NCBI RefSeq assembly: GCF_000621645.1 | Contig: NZ_JHXR01000001.1 | Span: 270,001-302,000, forward strand | Direction: 5' to 3' | DNA length: 32,000 nucleotides | Origin: Vibrio cholerae ATCC 14035 | Lineage (GTDB): Bacteria > Pseudomonadota > Gammaproteobacteria > Enterobacterales > Vibrionaceae | Part shown: positions 13,315 to 21,445 of the stretch, one piece after another | Numbering within the stretch: position 1 is the stretch's first letter | Layout: every line of letters begins with the position of its first letter | The notes under the pieces: model-generated | Database searches by the model: none | The model's input: the letters and a program-made list of their open reading frames with translations, nothing else | What the model was told of the DNA's origin: nothing | Position numbers and translations under genes: made by a program

Positions 13315-13885
13315 GATGATTACTCTTTAACTGTTGTTATAGATAGACTTTGTGTCGTACCTGCTTTCACCAAAGCATGAGACTCAGTGTGTAGACAAAA
13401 TCTTTTCAACAGTGATTTAGCAGGAAAATAAGGTTGTTCACCGATTCAATTCCAGCTAAGTCACTCCCTGAGAAAAACAAGCACTCCGTACTTCGACCGC
13501 AACTCTACTTGTCGTTACACAATAGTCAACAACAAATATCATGATGATAAAAAGTTACTAAACTTTCGTTAAAAAACGCGATCTAAGTGGTGTAAGCATA
13601 ACACAAAGTTGACGAAAAATTCATTTAGAAGCCGTGAGTTAGGTGAAATTGAATTTAATACATCTTTACTCCAAAGAAATACCTCTTTCGAGTAAGTTTA
13701 TTTTGCTAATTAGAAATAGGATAGTGTGAGCTGTGTCCATTTAATTTCAGGTGTTTTATGTAGTCGATGAAAAGAAAAGTGTTTACCAGTCATCTTATAA
13801 GCAAAATGTTCACAATGATTCGCTCAAGTTAAATTAGAGTAATTGCACTATGTCTGCTTTGTGACAAGTTTATCGATGCTTGGTT

Positions 13886-13913
13886 TTCGACGTACACCAA
13901 CTAGTGGTATGAT
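13886..13913 (+). promoter_or_regulatory. Candidate sigma70 promoter of fadR
   Basis: TTCGAC (13886-13891), a 16-nt spacer, then the extended -10 TGgTATGAT (-10 hexamer at 13908-13913), about 45 nt upstream of the fadR ATG. Confidence 0.4.
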
Positions 13914-13958
13914 GAGTGCCATTCGACCCAAATAAAACAAGTATTGGATTAGTCATTA

Positions 13959-14798
13959 ATGGTCATTAAGGCAAAAAGCCCAGCCGGTTTCGCTGAGAAG
14001 TATATTATTGAAAGTATTTGGAACGGCCGCTTTCCGCCAGGTTCCATCTTACCTGCAGAGCGTGAGCTTTCTGAATTGATCGGTGTTACGCGTACCACAC
14101 TACGTGAGGTGTTACAGCGTTTAGCGCGTGATGGTTGGCTCACGATTCAACACGGTAAACCCACCAAGGTGAATCAGTTTATGGAAACATCAGGTTTGCA
14201 TATTCTTGATACCTTGATGACTCTTGATGCAGAGAATGCCACCAGCATTGTTGAAGACTTACTAGCTGCAAGAACCAATATCAGCCCCATTTTCATGCGT
14301 TACGCTTTTAAGCTAAATAAAGAGAGCGCAGAGCGGATCATGATCAATGTGATTGAGTCTTGTGAAGCCTTGGTTAACGCCCCTTCTTGGGATGCGTTTA
14401 TCGCAGCTTCTCCCTATGCGGAAAAAATCCAGCAGCACGTGAAAGAAGACAGCGAAAAAGATGAGCTCAAAAGGCAGGAAATCTTGATCGCGAAAACATT
14501 TAATTTCTACGATTACATGTTATTCCAGCGTCTCGCTTTCCATTCTGGTAACCAGATTTACGGTTTGATCTTTAACGGGTTGAAAAAGCTGTATGACCGT
14601 GTGGGAAGTTACTATTTTTCCAATCCTCAAGCGCGTGAATTGGCCATGGAATTCTACCGTCAGTTGTTAGCTGTGTGCCAAAGCGGCGAGCGTGAGCATT
14701 TGCCTCAGGTTATTCGTCAGTATGGTATTGCTAGCGGACACATCTGGAATCAGATGAAAATGACGCTGCCGTCCAATTTTACTGAAGACGATTGCTAA
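13959..14798 (+). CDS. fadR: Fatty-acid metabolism regulator FadR (GntR family), long Vibrio form
   Basis: 279-aa ORF beginning [72 protein letters not shown]. It carries about 40 extra residues in the effector domain relative to the 239-aa E. coli protein. Confidence 0.95.
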   Translation: MVIKAKSPAGFAEKYIIESIWNGRFPPGSILPAERELSELIGVTRTTLREVLQRLARDGWLTIQHGKPTKVNQFMETSGLHILDTLMTLDAENATSIVEDLLAARTNISPIFMRYAFKLNKESAERIMINVIESCEALVNAPSWDAFIAASPYAEKIQQHVKEDSEKDELKRQEILIAKTFNFYDYMLFQRLAFHSGNQIYGLIFNGLKKLYDRVGSYYFSNPQARELAMEFYRQLLAVCQSGEREHLPQVIRQYGIASGHIWNQMKMTLPSNFTEDDC

Positions 14799-14824
14799 TC
14801 TAGCACTGTTCGTTTTCGTTAAAG

Positions 14825-14851
14825 AAGCCCGCATTGTCACGCGGGCTTTTT
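14825..14851 (+). terminator. Rho-independent terminator of fadR
   Basis: aagcccgc-attgtcac-gcgggctt followed by TTT. Confidence 0.75.
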
Positions 14852-14892
14852 ACTATTGAAATTAATCCCAATCCCTTGAGTTTAGTGATGAT

Positions 14893-15023
14893 GGTTATCC
14901 CCTTTCTACTTGAAGCTGCAGGGGTGTTGGCTACGTTCGTTCACCCCAATCACATAGCCTCTCTATGCTCATGGGGATGAATTCACTTGCCGCCTACCTG
15001 CAACTCCAAGTTGTTTGGGTATA
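14893..15023 (-). repeat. ERIC/IRU-like imperfect-palindromic intergenic repeat, copy 1
   Basis: Its reverse complement aligns by eye with 25346-25468. Shared blocks are tatacccaaac, acttggagtt, ggcaagtg, catccccatgagcatag, gattgggg, tagccaa and gcttcaagtag. The internal arms acttggagttgcagg and cctgcagcttcaagt can pair. The core resembles the ERIC consensus (GTGAATCCCCAGGAGC...GACTGGGGTGAGCG...AGCCAAC) as I recall it. Confidence 0.75.
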
Positions 15024-15032
15024 GAGATTGAC

Positions 15033-16184
15033 TTAATTTCCCCCTGCGGCTTTGAACCATTGGGTTAAATGGGTTTTCAAATCTTTCAATTCATCTGGAC
15101 CAATCAAAGCCAGCCCCAAATCTTCGGCACGCGTAATATCGTTATGGCGTAGAGGGCGGAAGCTGACCAACATAGCTCGAGCCTGTAGACCGCCGAGAAG
15201 GTCACGCAGAGATTCGAGTTTGTACAAGGTATCGTCACCGTCATCACGCATCCCTTTGGTTTTACACTCAATAATGTGCAGTTTGTTGTTCACCACGGTC
15301 GCCACATCCAACTCGTTACGCACTTCTCTCTCTCCAAGCTGGCGATAGACTTGCACGTTCAGCGAGCGATCTTGAATGGTTGGCATGTCATCTTGGATCT
15401 GTTTTACAGTGCTGTGAACTAGGGTTTCTAACCACTCACCATTGGCAAAGCGACGAGCCTCTTCGTTTATGAACGTGAGAATGCCGTTTTCATAACTGGC
15501 AATCTTGGCCTCAACCAGATCGCTGAGTAGCAAGTTTAATTCGCGATAGCCTTGCTGTTTGTCAGATAATTCCACATCCAGCTTCTGCTCTTTTCGGCAA
15601 GTGGTGGCGAGGTAATTGAGGGTGGCGAGGCCTGGGCCTAATTCCAATGCATTACTCGCCCAGCGTTCGCCAAGCTGATACAACTGCTGATCTAATTGTG
15701 GAGAGAGTTGATGCTCATTGAATTCGCCACGCGCACCAAAAATGGTGAGATAGTCGGCAATGGTGATGCGGTCTTGAACTTGAGTATCGTTATTGCCTTC
15801 GGGATACAGCCAGCATAAGCAGTCACTATTGGGTTCTACGACAAAAATTGGCCAGTGGTAGCTGCGAAACACTTCGTAAGCCGACAGCAAGCGGTGGCGT
15901 AACCCACAACTGGCGTTGAATTTGACCTCTTCACCACGCGCTTTAAGTGTTTCGGCAAGTTCTCGAATCGCACTTTTGATGGCAGAGGTGTTTGAGCCGG
16001 CGGGAATTTCAAAGAAGTCTGTTGAGATATTACGCTTGTTTAAAACGTCGCTAAGGCGTTGATAAATTACCGTTTGGGTATGGTCGCCAATAAAAATAAT
16101 GTGGCGGCTAACGGTTCGATGATCGAGCAGCGGTGTCACTAAGCGAACCGGGTCCTGATCGATAATCCCTACGTGAATAGCCAT
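15033..16184 (-). CDS. Stand-alone CARF-like / wHTH-like / PD-(D/E)xK nuclease-fold protein (Card1/Can2-type, DUF1887-like)
   Basis: 383-aa ORF with SD gagga 6 nt before the ATG. The N-terminal half has Rossmann-like beta/alpha alternation (MAIHVGIID, HIIFIGD, VKFNASCGLRH). The C-terminal part has the nuclease motif GEWLE ... ELDVATVVNNKLHIIECKTKG (E, D, ExK). I recall the V. cholerae member of this family being discussed as a CARF plus restriction-endonuclease fusion. Confidence 0.7.
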   Translation of the reverse strand: MAIHVGIIDQDPVRLVTPLLDHRTVSRHIIFIGDHTQTVIYQRLSDVLNKRNISTDFFEIPAGSNTSAIKSAIRELAETLKARGEEVKFNASCGLRHRLLSAYEVFRSYHWPIFVVEPNSDCLCWLYPEGNNDTQVQDRITIADYLTIFGARGEFNEHQLSPQLDQQLYQLGERWASNALELGPGLATLNYLATTCRKEQKLDVELSDKQQGYRELNLLLSDLVEAKIASYENGILTFINEEARRFANGEWLETLVHSTVKQIQDDMPTIQDRSLNVQVYRQLGEREVRNELDVATVVNNKLHIIECKTKGMRDDGDDTLYKLESLRDLLGGLQARAMLVSFRPLRHNDITRAEDLGLALIGPDELKDLKTHLTQWFKAAGGN

Positions 16185-16262
16185 AAAGTGTCCTCATGAT
16201 TTGCTTGCATGAGTGGAGGGAAAAGTGGCGCAAGCTTGTTACTCATATAACGATGAGGTGTT

Positions 16263-16299
16263 GAAAAAACAAGAGCGACTCTGATGAAAAGTCGCTCTT
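16263..16299 (-). terminator. Rho-independent terminator of the MCP gene
   Basis: On the minus strand: aagagcgac-ttttcatcag-gtcgctctt followed by gTTTTTTc. It separates the MCP gene from the CARF-nuclease gene. Confidence 0.8.
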
Positions 16300-16353
16300 T
16301 GTGGAAAAATTGACAGTAAGAGTATCTAGCAAGAGTGCTAGCCGTTCATCGGA

Positions 16354-18345
16354 TTAGAGTTTAAACCTATGGACTAACTCACTCTGTTGGTTGGCGAGTG
16401 CGGTCAAATTCGCACTGGTTTGCGCAATTTGTGACATCGCTTGGTAGCTTTCATCCGAGATATGGTTGATATCTTCGATGCTGCGAGCGATCGAGGTGGT
16501 GGTTTCGTTTTGCTCACCGGCCGCTTGAGAGATATGCGTACTCATATGGCTGATTTCGATGATCAATGCTTGAATTTCTTCCATGGCACTGTTGGCATGG
16601 GAAGCTTGTTCGACGGAGAGTTCCATATCTTGCATACAGCTCTCAATAACCTTACTGGCTAATGAAGAGCTGGATTGCAGATTGCTGATCATCGATTCGA
16701 TTTCTGACGTCGATTGCGTTGTGCGCTGCGCAAGAACGCGAACTTCATCCGCCACCACCGCAAAGCCGCGGCCTTGTTCTCCTGCACGCGCCGCTTCAAT
16801 CGCAGCATTGAGCGCCAAAAGGTTGGTCTGCTCAGCAATATTGCGGATGACATCTAAGATAGAGCCGATTTGGCTGCTCATCTTGCGTAAGTCGCCGACC
16901 GCCTCGACTGACTCGATTAAGCGTGTTTCAAGTTGACGGATTGTGCTGATGTTGGTGCTCATGATCTGGCGGCCTGACTCCGATGCGGTTTCGACTTGTT
17001 GCACCATCGCCAGTGAATTTTGCGCACTATTGGCGACTTCTTGCACCGAGTGAGCCATTTCCGTCATTGCGGCTGCGACGCTAGAGGTCTGTTCACGTTG
17101 ACTGTTGAGCTTGTTTTGTGCACTCAGTGAGGTCGTTTGGTTTGTCGATGCTGTCGCGGTCAAATCATCGGAGGCACTGTTGAGCTTGACTAAAATGTCG
17201 TGTAGGTTATCGGCAAGACTATTGATGTGACGGCTCAGGCGGCTGAATTCGTTGTTGTAGCGAATCTCAATTCGTTGCGTCATATTGCCTTGGGTGAGGC
17301 TTTCTAAGGTTTTGAGGATCCGAGTTACGGGTTCACGCACACTGTGCGCAATGTGGTAACCAATCGCAGTTGCCAATAGAACGACGGCAATACCAATCAC
17401 TACCGCTTTAATCGCACCTTGTTGGTAAACTGAGCCGGCTTCAGCAAGGGATTGGTTCAGGTCGTCGGTCGCCGTTTGGTTAAACGCGCCTAAAATGGTC
17501 ATTGCTTTGTCCACTTCATTGGCGAGGTTGGCAATATTGTTATAGAGCGCAGCGCGAGCTTGCAGATATTCATTGTGTTGATCCAGTACGCCGCCTTTTT
17601 GGCCGATGTCTTGGGTGAATTTCGCGACTGGCTCATCAAAGCGCTCTTTCAACTGCGGCATCTGCGTGGTGAGGCCTCGGTACGCGTAGTTTAGGTGGGT
17701 AACCGCTTTTTTGTTTTGATTGACCGCTTTTTCCACAAAGGCGACATCTGAACTGGCTAAGGCATCAGAAGTGATCACTTCGGCATCTTTTAATTTGATG
17801 AAGTAGCTTTTGGCCATCACTTTGACCGAAATGCTGTCGTTGTCATCGACAAACTCTTTCATCCCGACACTCAGTTCTGAATGAAGACGTTGGAACTCAC
17901 GAGTCGACTTTTGCACGGAAGCTTGAGCAGCAAACATGGCTTGATAGTTATCCATGGCGAGGTCAGCTTCACTAAAATAGCGGGTTTCGAGCTGCTTTAA
18001 TTCCGTGATTGGCTGTGCCAGTTCGGGATGATTCACACTGGCTTGACTCAGTTCCGCCAAAACAGATTGAAAGCGCTGTTTAGACTGAGCAAACTCTTGA
18101 CGCATACCGTCCATGAGCGAAGTATCTTGCGTAGTCAGAAAGTCTTTAAACGATTTATCGGCAGACAAGAGTTGAACACTCGTCTGATTAGAGAGAGAGA
18201 CGAGAGGCAATGCAGCGGTTGAAACACTTTCAAAATTGCTGTGAATTTGATTCATGCCACGAAGCATGATGGCGACAGTCACCACAAACATTATGATGAT
18301 CAGCGCAAAACCGGCATACATACGCCGAATAACGGAACCCTGCAT
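16354..18345 (-). CDS. Methyl-accepting chemotaxis protein with a large helical periplasmic sensor, HAMP and MA domains
   Basis: The ORF is open to 18372. The ATG at 18345 (MQGSVIRR...) is preceded by gagggagag, so I prefer it. Two TM helices flank a periplasmic region of about 284 aa. Signalling-domain signature [38 protein letters not shown]. Confidence 0.9.
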   Translation of the reverse strand: MQGSVIRRMYAGFALIIIMFVVTVAIMLRGMNQIHSNFESVSTAALPLVSLSNQTSVQLLSADKSFKDFLTTQDTSLMDGMRQEFAQSKQRFQSVLAELSQASVNHPELAQPITELKQLETRYFSEADLAMDNYQAMFAAQASVQKSTREFQRLHSELSVGMKEFVDDNDSISVKVMAKSYFIKLKDAEVITSDALASSDVAFVEKAVNQNKKAVTHLNYAYRGLTTQMPQLKERFDEPVAKFTQDIGQKGGVLDQHNEYLQARAALYNNIANLANEVDKAMTILGAFNQTATDDLNQSLAEAGSVYQQGAIKAVVIGIAVVLLATAIGYHIAHSVREPVTRILKTLESLTQGNMTQRIEIRYNNEFSRLSRHINSLADNLHDILVKLNSASDDLTATASTNQTTSLSAQNKLNSQREQTSSVAAAMTEMAHSVQEVANSAQNSLAMVQQVETASESGRQIMSTNISTIRQLETRLIESVEAVGDLRKMSSQIGSILDVIRNIAEQTNLLALNAAIEAARAGEQGRGFAVVADEVRVLAQRTTQSTSEIESMISNLQSSSSLASKVIESCMQDMELSVEQASHANSAMEEIQALIIEISHMSTHISQAAGEQNETTTSIARSIEDINHISDESYQAMSQIAQTSANLTALANQQSELVHRFKL

Positions 18346-18390
18346 AATTTCTCTCCCTCGAAAATCACTCATTGTTATTAGAATTCATCA

Positions 18391-18406
18391 AAGACAAATT
18401 TGTCTT
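18391..18406. promoter_or_regulatory. Perfect 16-bp palindrome in the MCP/hinT divergent region (candidate operator)
   Basis: aagacaaatttgtctt is its own reverse complement. Its centre is 53 nt upstream of the preferred MCP start. Confidence 0.35.
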
Positions 18407-18604
18407 AAAAAAGTAACAAAACAGTCATTATTGTATTGAGGTTGGGAAACGCGTTTTATGACCAATACAGCAAAAAAAACCTTTCACCAGTGAGCTTGCT
18501 CAGGTTCTTTTAACTGTACGGTGTTTTTTATTGAGCTTTACTATGCCTTGACGCATACTCAAGCCAGAAAAATTCTTAATCAAAACCTTTGTATGGAGTA
18601 CGTC

Positions 18605-18955
18605 ATGGCGGAAGAAACCATTTTCAGCAAAATCGTTCGTAGAGAGATTCCCGCTGATATTCTTTATCAAGATGAGTTGGTCACTGCATTTCGAGACATT
18701 CATCCGCGCGCGCCAAGCCATATTTTGATCATCCCCAATAAGCTCATCCCAACGGTCAATGATGTTGAAGTTGAAGATGAATTAGCACTCGGTCGGCTGT
18801 TTACTGTCGCCAAAAAAATCGCTGAGCAAGAAGGGATCGCCGAAAACGGCTACCGCTTGATCATGAACTGCAACTCACACGGGGGTCAGGAGGTCTATCA
18901 CATCCATATGCATTTGGTGGGTGGTCGTCCGCTTGGGCCGCTTTTGATGGGTTAA
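18605..18955 (+). CDS. hinT: HIT-family purine nucleoside phosphoramidase HinT
   Basis: From the ATG at 18605 (SD ggag upstream) the protein is 116 aa, beginning [34 protein letters not shown], with the histidine triad HIHMHLVGG. The ORF-track start at 18521 is an upstream extension. Confidence 0.92.
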   Translation: MAEETIFSKIVRREIPADILYQDELVTAFRDIHPRAPSHILIIPNKLIPTVNDVEVEDELALGRLFTVAKKIAEQEGIAENGYRLIMNCNSHGGQEVYHIHMHLVGGRPLGPLLMG

Positions 18956-18967
18956 CTTCATTCTCCG

Positions 18968-20386
18968 ATGTTGATGGTGACGAATCACGTGGTTCAATAC
19001 ATTAAACGACCTATACGTAGCCTCACTCTTACTTCACTACTGCTCGCGGGGTGTGCCAATCTCACTGCGGGCAATCTTTTTAGCCATTACAGTGCGCAAA
19101 ACAGTGATTTATATCAGTCTGTTGCGGCAGGGCAATACCAACAAGCTACGCAGTTATTGCCCGATTATGTCGCCGGTGAAGTGTTAGACAACCTTGAAAA
19201 AGGTCGGGTTTATTTTCTTAGCCAGCAATACGCAGAAAGCCAGCAAAGTTTGGCTGCTGCAGATTTGGCGGTTAAACAGCAGCAAGACCGAGCGATCATC
19301 TCTGTGAGTAGTACCGCGACCAGTGTGGGTTCGCTGGCGGTCAACGATAACTTGAATGAGTACGAACCTGCCGATTATGAACTGGGCTTTTTGCACCTGT
19401 ACTTAGGGCTGAATTATGTGCGCAATAATGATCTGGATGGTGCATTAGTTGAAATGCGCCGCGCTAACCAAGTTCAGGAAGCCGCTAAAAAACGCCGTGA
19501 ACAAGCGTTGTCCAGTGCGGAGCAAGAGATGCGCTCACAAGGATTATCCCCGAACTTAGGCAGTGTGCTTGCACAATATCCAGATGCCGGAAAAACCTTA
19601 CAAGCGGTGCAAAATGGTTATCTGTTGTATCTTTCGGCGCTGCTTTATGAAGCGGATAATGATTTGAACTCGGCTTATGTTGACTACCGCAGAGCACTGG
19701 CGGTTGCCCCCAATAATCCATCGGTTATTGATGGAACACTTCGAGTCGCGTCTCGGCTTGGCATGCAACAAGATCTCAAGCTTCTTAAACAGCAATATGG
19801 TGAGCCTAAACGCTTAACCTCTGCGCAAGGCCGAGTCATCGTCATAGAAGAGCAGGGTATAGTACAACCTAAGCAAGCGTGGCGACTCTCTTTACCTTTG
19901 TCTGACAGTCGTGGCAATACGGCGCTGTATTCTTTGGCTCTGCCTTATTATTCATCTTCGGTGGCGCAGAGTCGTGTACCGATCAGTCTAAATGGCGCTA
20001 GTTTGGCCTCTATGCCAGTTACTGATGTGGATTTGATGGCTAAGCAGGCATTAACGGAGCAAATGCCTGCGCTGGTACTGCGCCAAGCGCTGCGTGTGGT
20101 CGCCAAAGACCAATTACGCAAAGAGACGACTCAGGAAGAGGATGTCGCCAATTTAGTGTTTAATATTTGGAATACGTTAACGGAGCAGCCTGATACACGC
20201 AGCTGGTTAACCTTGCCCGCCACAGTCAATACGGCCACCCAAGTGGTGAAAGCGGGTGATCAAGTGCTGGATATTGCAGGGACTCACTATACCTTTCATG
20301 TTCCAGAAAATGGCACAGTGTTAGTTTGGCTATCTCACCAAGGTAACAATGTGACAATTTGGCATAAACAACTAGGGATACGGTAA
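18968..20386 (+). CDS. Large lipoprotein of unknown function (TPR-like N-terminal half; COG3014-like)
   Basis: 472-aa ORF starting 12 nt after hinT. Signal peptide with lipobox LLLAGC. Helical repeat region (YELGFLHLYLGLNYVRNNDLDGALVEMRRA...LSALLYEADNDLNSAYVDYRRALAV). Its stop overlaps the ycfL start (TAATG). Confidence 0.65.
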   Translation: MLMVTNHVVQYIKRPIRSLTLTSLLLAGCANLTAGNLFSHYSAQNSDLYQSVAAGQYQQATQLLPDYVAGEVLDNLEKGRVYFLSQQYAESQQSLAAADLAVKQQQDRAIISVSSTATSVGSLAVNDNLNEYEPADYELGFLHLYLGLNYVRNNDLDGALVEMRRANQVQEAAKKRREQALSSAEQEMRSQGLSPNLGSVLAQYPDAGKTLQAVQNGYLLYLSALLYEADNDLNSAYVDYRRALAVAPNNPSVIDGTLRVASRLGMQQDLKLLKQQYGEPKRLTSAQGRVIVIEEQGIVQPKQAWRLSLPLSDSRGNTALYSLALPYYSSSVAQSRVPISLNGASLASMPVTDVDLMAKQALTEQMPALVLRQALRVVAKDQLRKETTQEEDVANLVFNIWNTLTEQPDTRSWLTLPATVNTATQVVKAGDQVLDIAGTHYTFHVPENGTVLVWLSHQGNNVTIWHKQLGIR

Positions 20387-20775
20387 TGAGAACGTGGCTA
20401 TTAGCAGTATTAACCGCTTTACTCTTAGTGGGATGCAGTGCTAACACTGCGGGTTTGCGAGTGGATGGCGCATCACAGCAAGTCTTATTTAACGACAGCG
20501 CTTTAAGCAAAAGCTTAAGTATTGAGGACATTTCAACCACGGAAGTGGATGGACATACTCGAGGCGTGGTTCGTTTGCAGAGTAACCAAAAAAGCGATGT
20601 GCATGTGCAGTACCGTTTTTATTGGTATGACAATGATGGGCTTGAAGTGAATACCAAGTTAAGCCCATGGAAAACCATCATTTTGCGAGGCATGGAAACC
20701 GTGTCACTGACTGAGGTTTCGGTGAACCCGAACGGTAAGCAGTTTCGCGTCCAGATCCGCGAAAGCGATCAATAA
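20386..20775 (+). CDS. ycfL: YcfL-family (DUF1425) lipoprotein
   Basis: 129-aa ORF with lipobox LLLVGC. The YRFYWYDNDGLEV motif matches E. coli YcfL (YRFYWYD..GLE). Its position between hinT and lpoB matches E. coli. Confidence 0.8.
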   Translation: MRTWLLAVLTALLLVGCSANTAGLRVDGASQQVLFNDSALSKSLSIEDISTTEVDGHTRGVVRLQSNQKSDVHVQYRFYWYDNDGLEVNTKLSPWKTIILRGMETVSLTEVSVNPNGKQFRVQIRESDQ

Positions 20776-20827
20776 AAAAGCGGTCGAATAAGCGATCGAT
20801 AAAAATACGTTTTTAAGAGGAATCACG

Positions 20828-21418
20828 ATGAAAAAAAGTGTCATTGCCCTGCTAGGTTTGGCGGTTATCTTAGGGGGATGTTCGAATAAAGTGAGCTACG
20901 GTGATGCGCAAGCGGTAGAAACCGTCAATGTTGACTTTGGTTCGACCGACCTGCAAAAAATTGCTGCAGAAATGGTGGATAGCATGATGATGTCAGGCTC
21001 GGTTTCTGCCATCACTCGCGATGGTCGCCCGATTGTGTTTGTTGAACGTATTAAGAACAAAACCAGTGAACATATTGATACCGAATCGATCACGGACACC
21101 ATAAGCACCAAGATGCTTAATTCAGGCAAGTTCCGTTTCGTCGATATGGATCGTGTTGAAGCGGTTCGCGATCAGTTGAACTTCCAGAATAATGACGAAC
21201 TCGTCAACCAAAGCACAGCGATCCAGTTTGGTAAGATGGTCGGCGCGCAATACATGCTGTACGGCAATCTATCGAGTATCGTGAAAAACGCGGGTAGTGA
21301 TAAAGATGTCTACTACAAGATGACCATGCGTTTGATGGATCTACAAACAGGTTTAATTGAGTGGGCTGACGAAACCGAAATCCGTAAGCAACAGTCAAAG
21401 AGCTTACTCGGTTTGTAA
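20828..21418 (+). CDS. lpoB: Penicillin-binding protein activator LpoB-like lipoprotein (COG3417)
   Basis: 196-aa ORF with lipobox ILGGCS. Globular-domain pattern IKNKTSEHIDTESITDTISTKMLNSGKFRFV ... GAQYMLYG ... LMDLQTGLIEW, similar to E. coli LpoB. The ycfL-lpoB-thiK order is conserved. Confidence 0.75.
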   Translation: MKKSVIALLGLAVILGGCSNKVSYGDAQAVETVNVDFGSTDLQKIAAEMVDSMMMSGSVSAITRDGRPIVFVERIKNKTSEHIDTESITDTISTKMLNSGKFRFVDMDRVEAVRDQLNFQNNDELVNQSTAIQFGKMVGAQYMLYGNLSSIVKNAGSDKDVYYKMTMRLMDLQTGLIEWADETEIRKQQSKSLLGL

Positions 21419-21445
21419 TCCACTAGCACAGGGAAGGAGTTGGTT

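Noticed and set aside
13767-13832. 21-codon ORF (MKRKVFTSHLISKMFTMIRSS) in the nhaB-fadR spacer.
   Set aside because: It has no SD, sits in AT-rich context, and offers nothing to distinguish it from chance.
14893-15023. Whether the repeats of about 125 bp are integron attC sites (V. cholerae repeats, VCR).
   Set aside because: They do not resemble the VCR sequence as I recall it (TAACAAACGCCTCAAGAGGGACTGTCAACGCG...). No cassette-like gene arrangement or integrase is present. The resemblance to ERIC is much better.
14800-16353. A search for CRISPR repeats, cas genes, a cyclase or a toxin-antitoxin partner around the CARF-nuclease gene.
   Set aside because: None is present. The flanks consist of the fadR terminator, one ERIC-like repeat and the MCP terminator. 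The two ERIC-like copies are 10 kb apart and palindromic, so they are not a CRISPR array.
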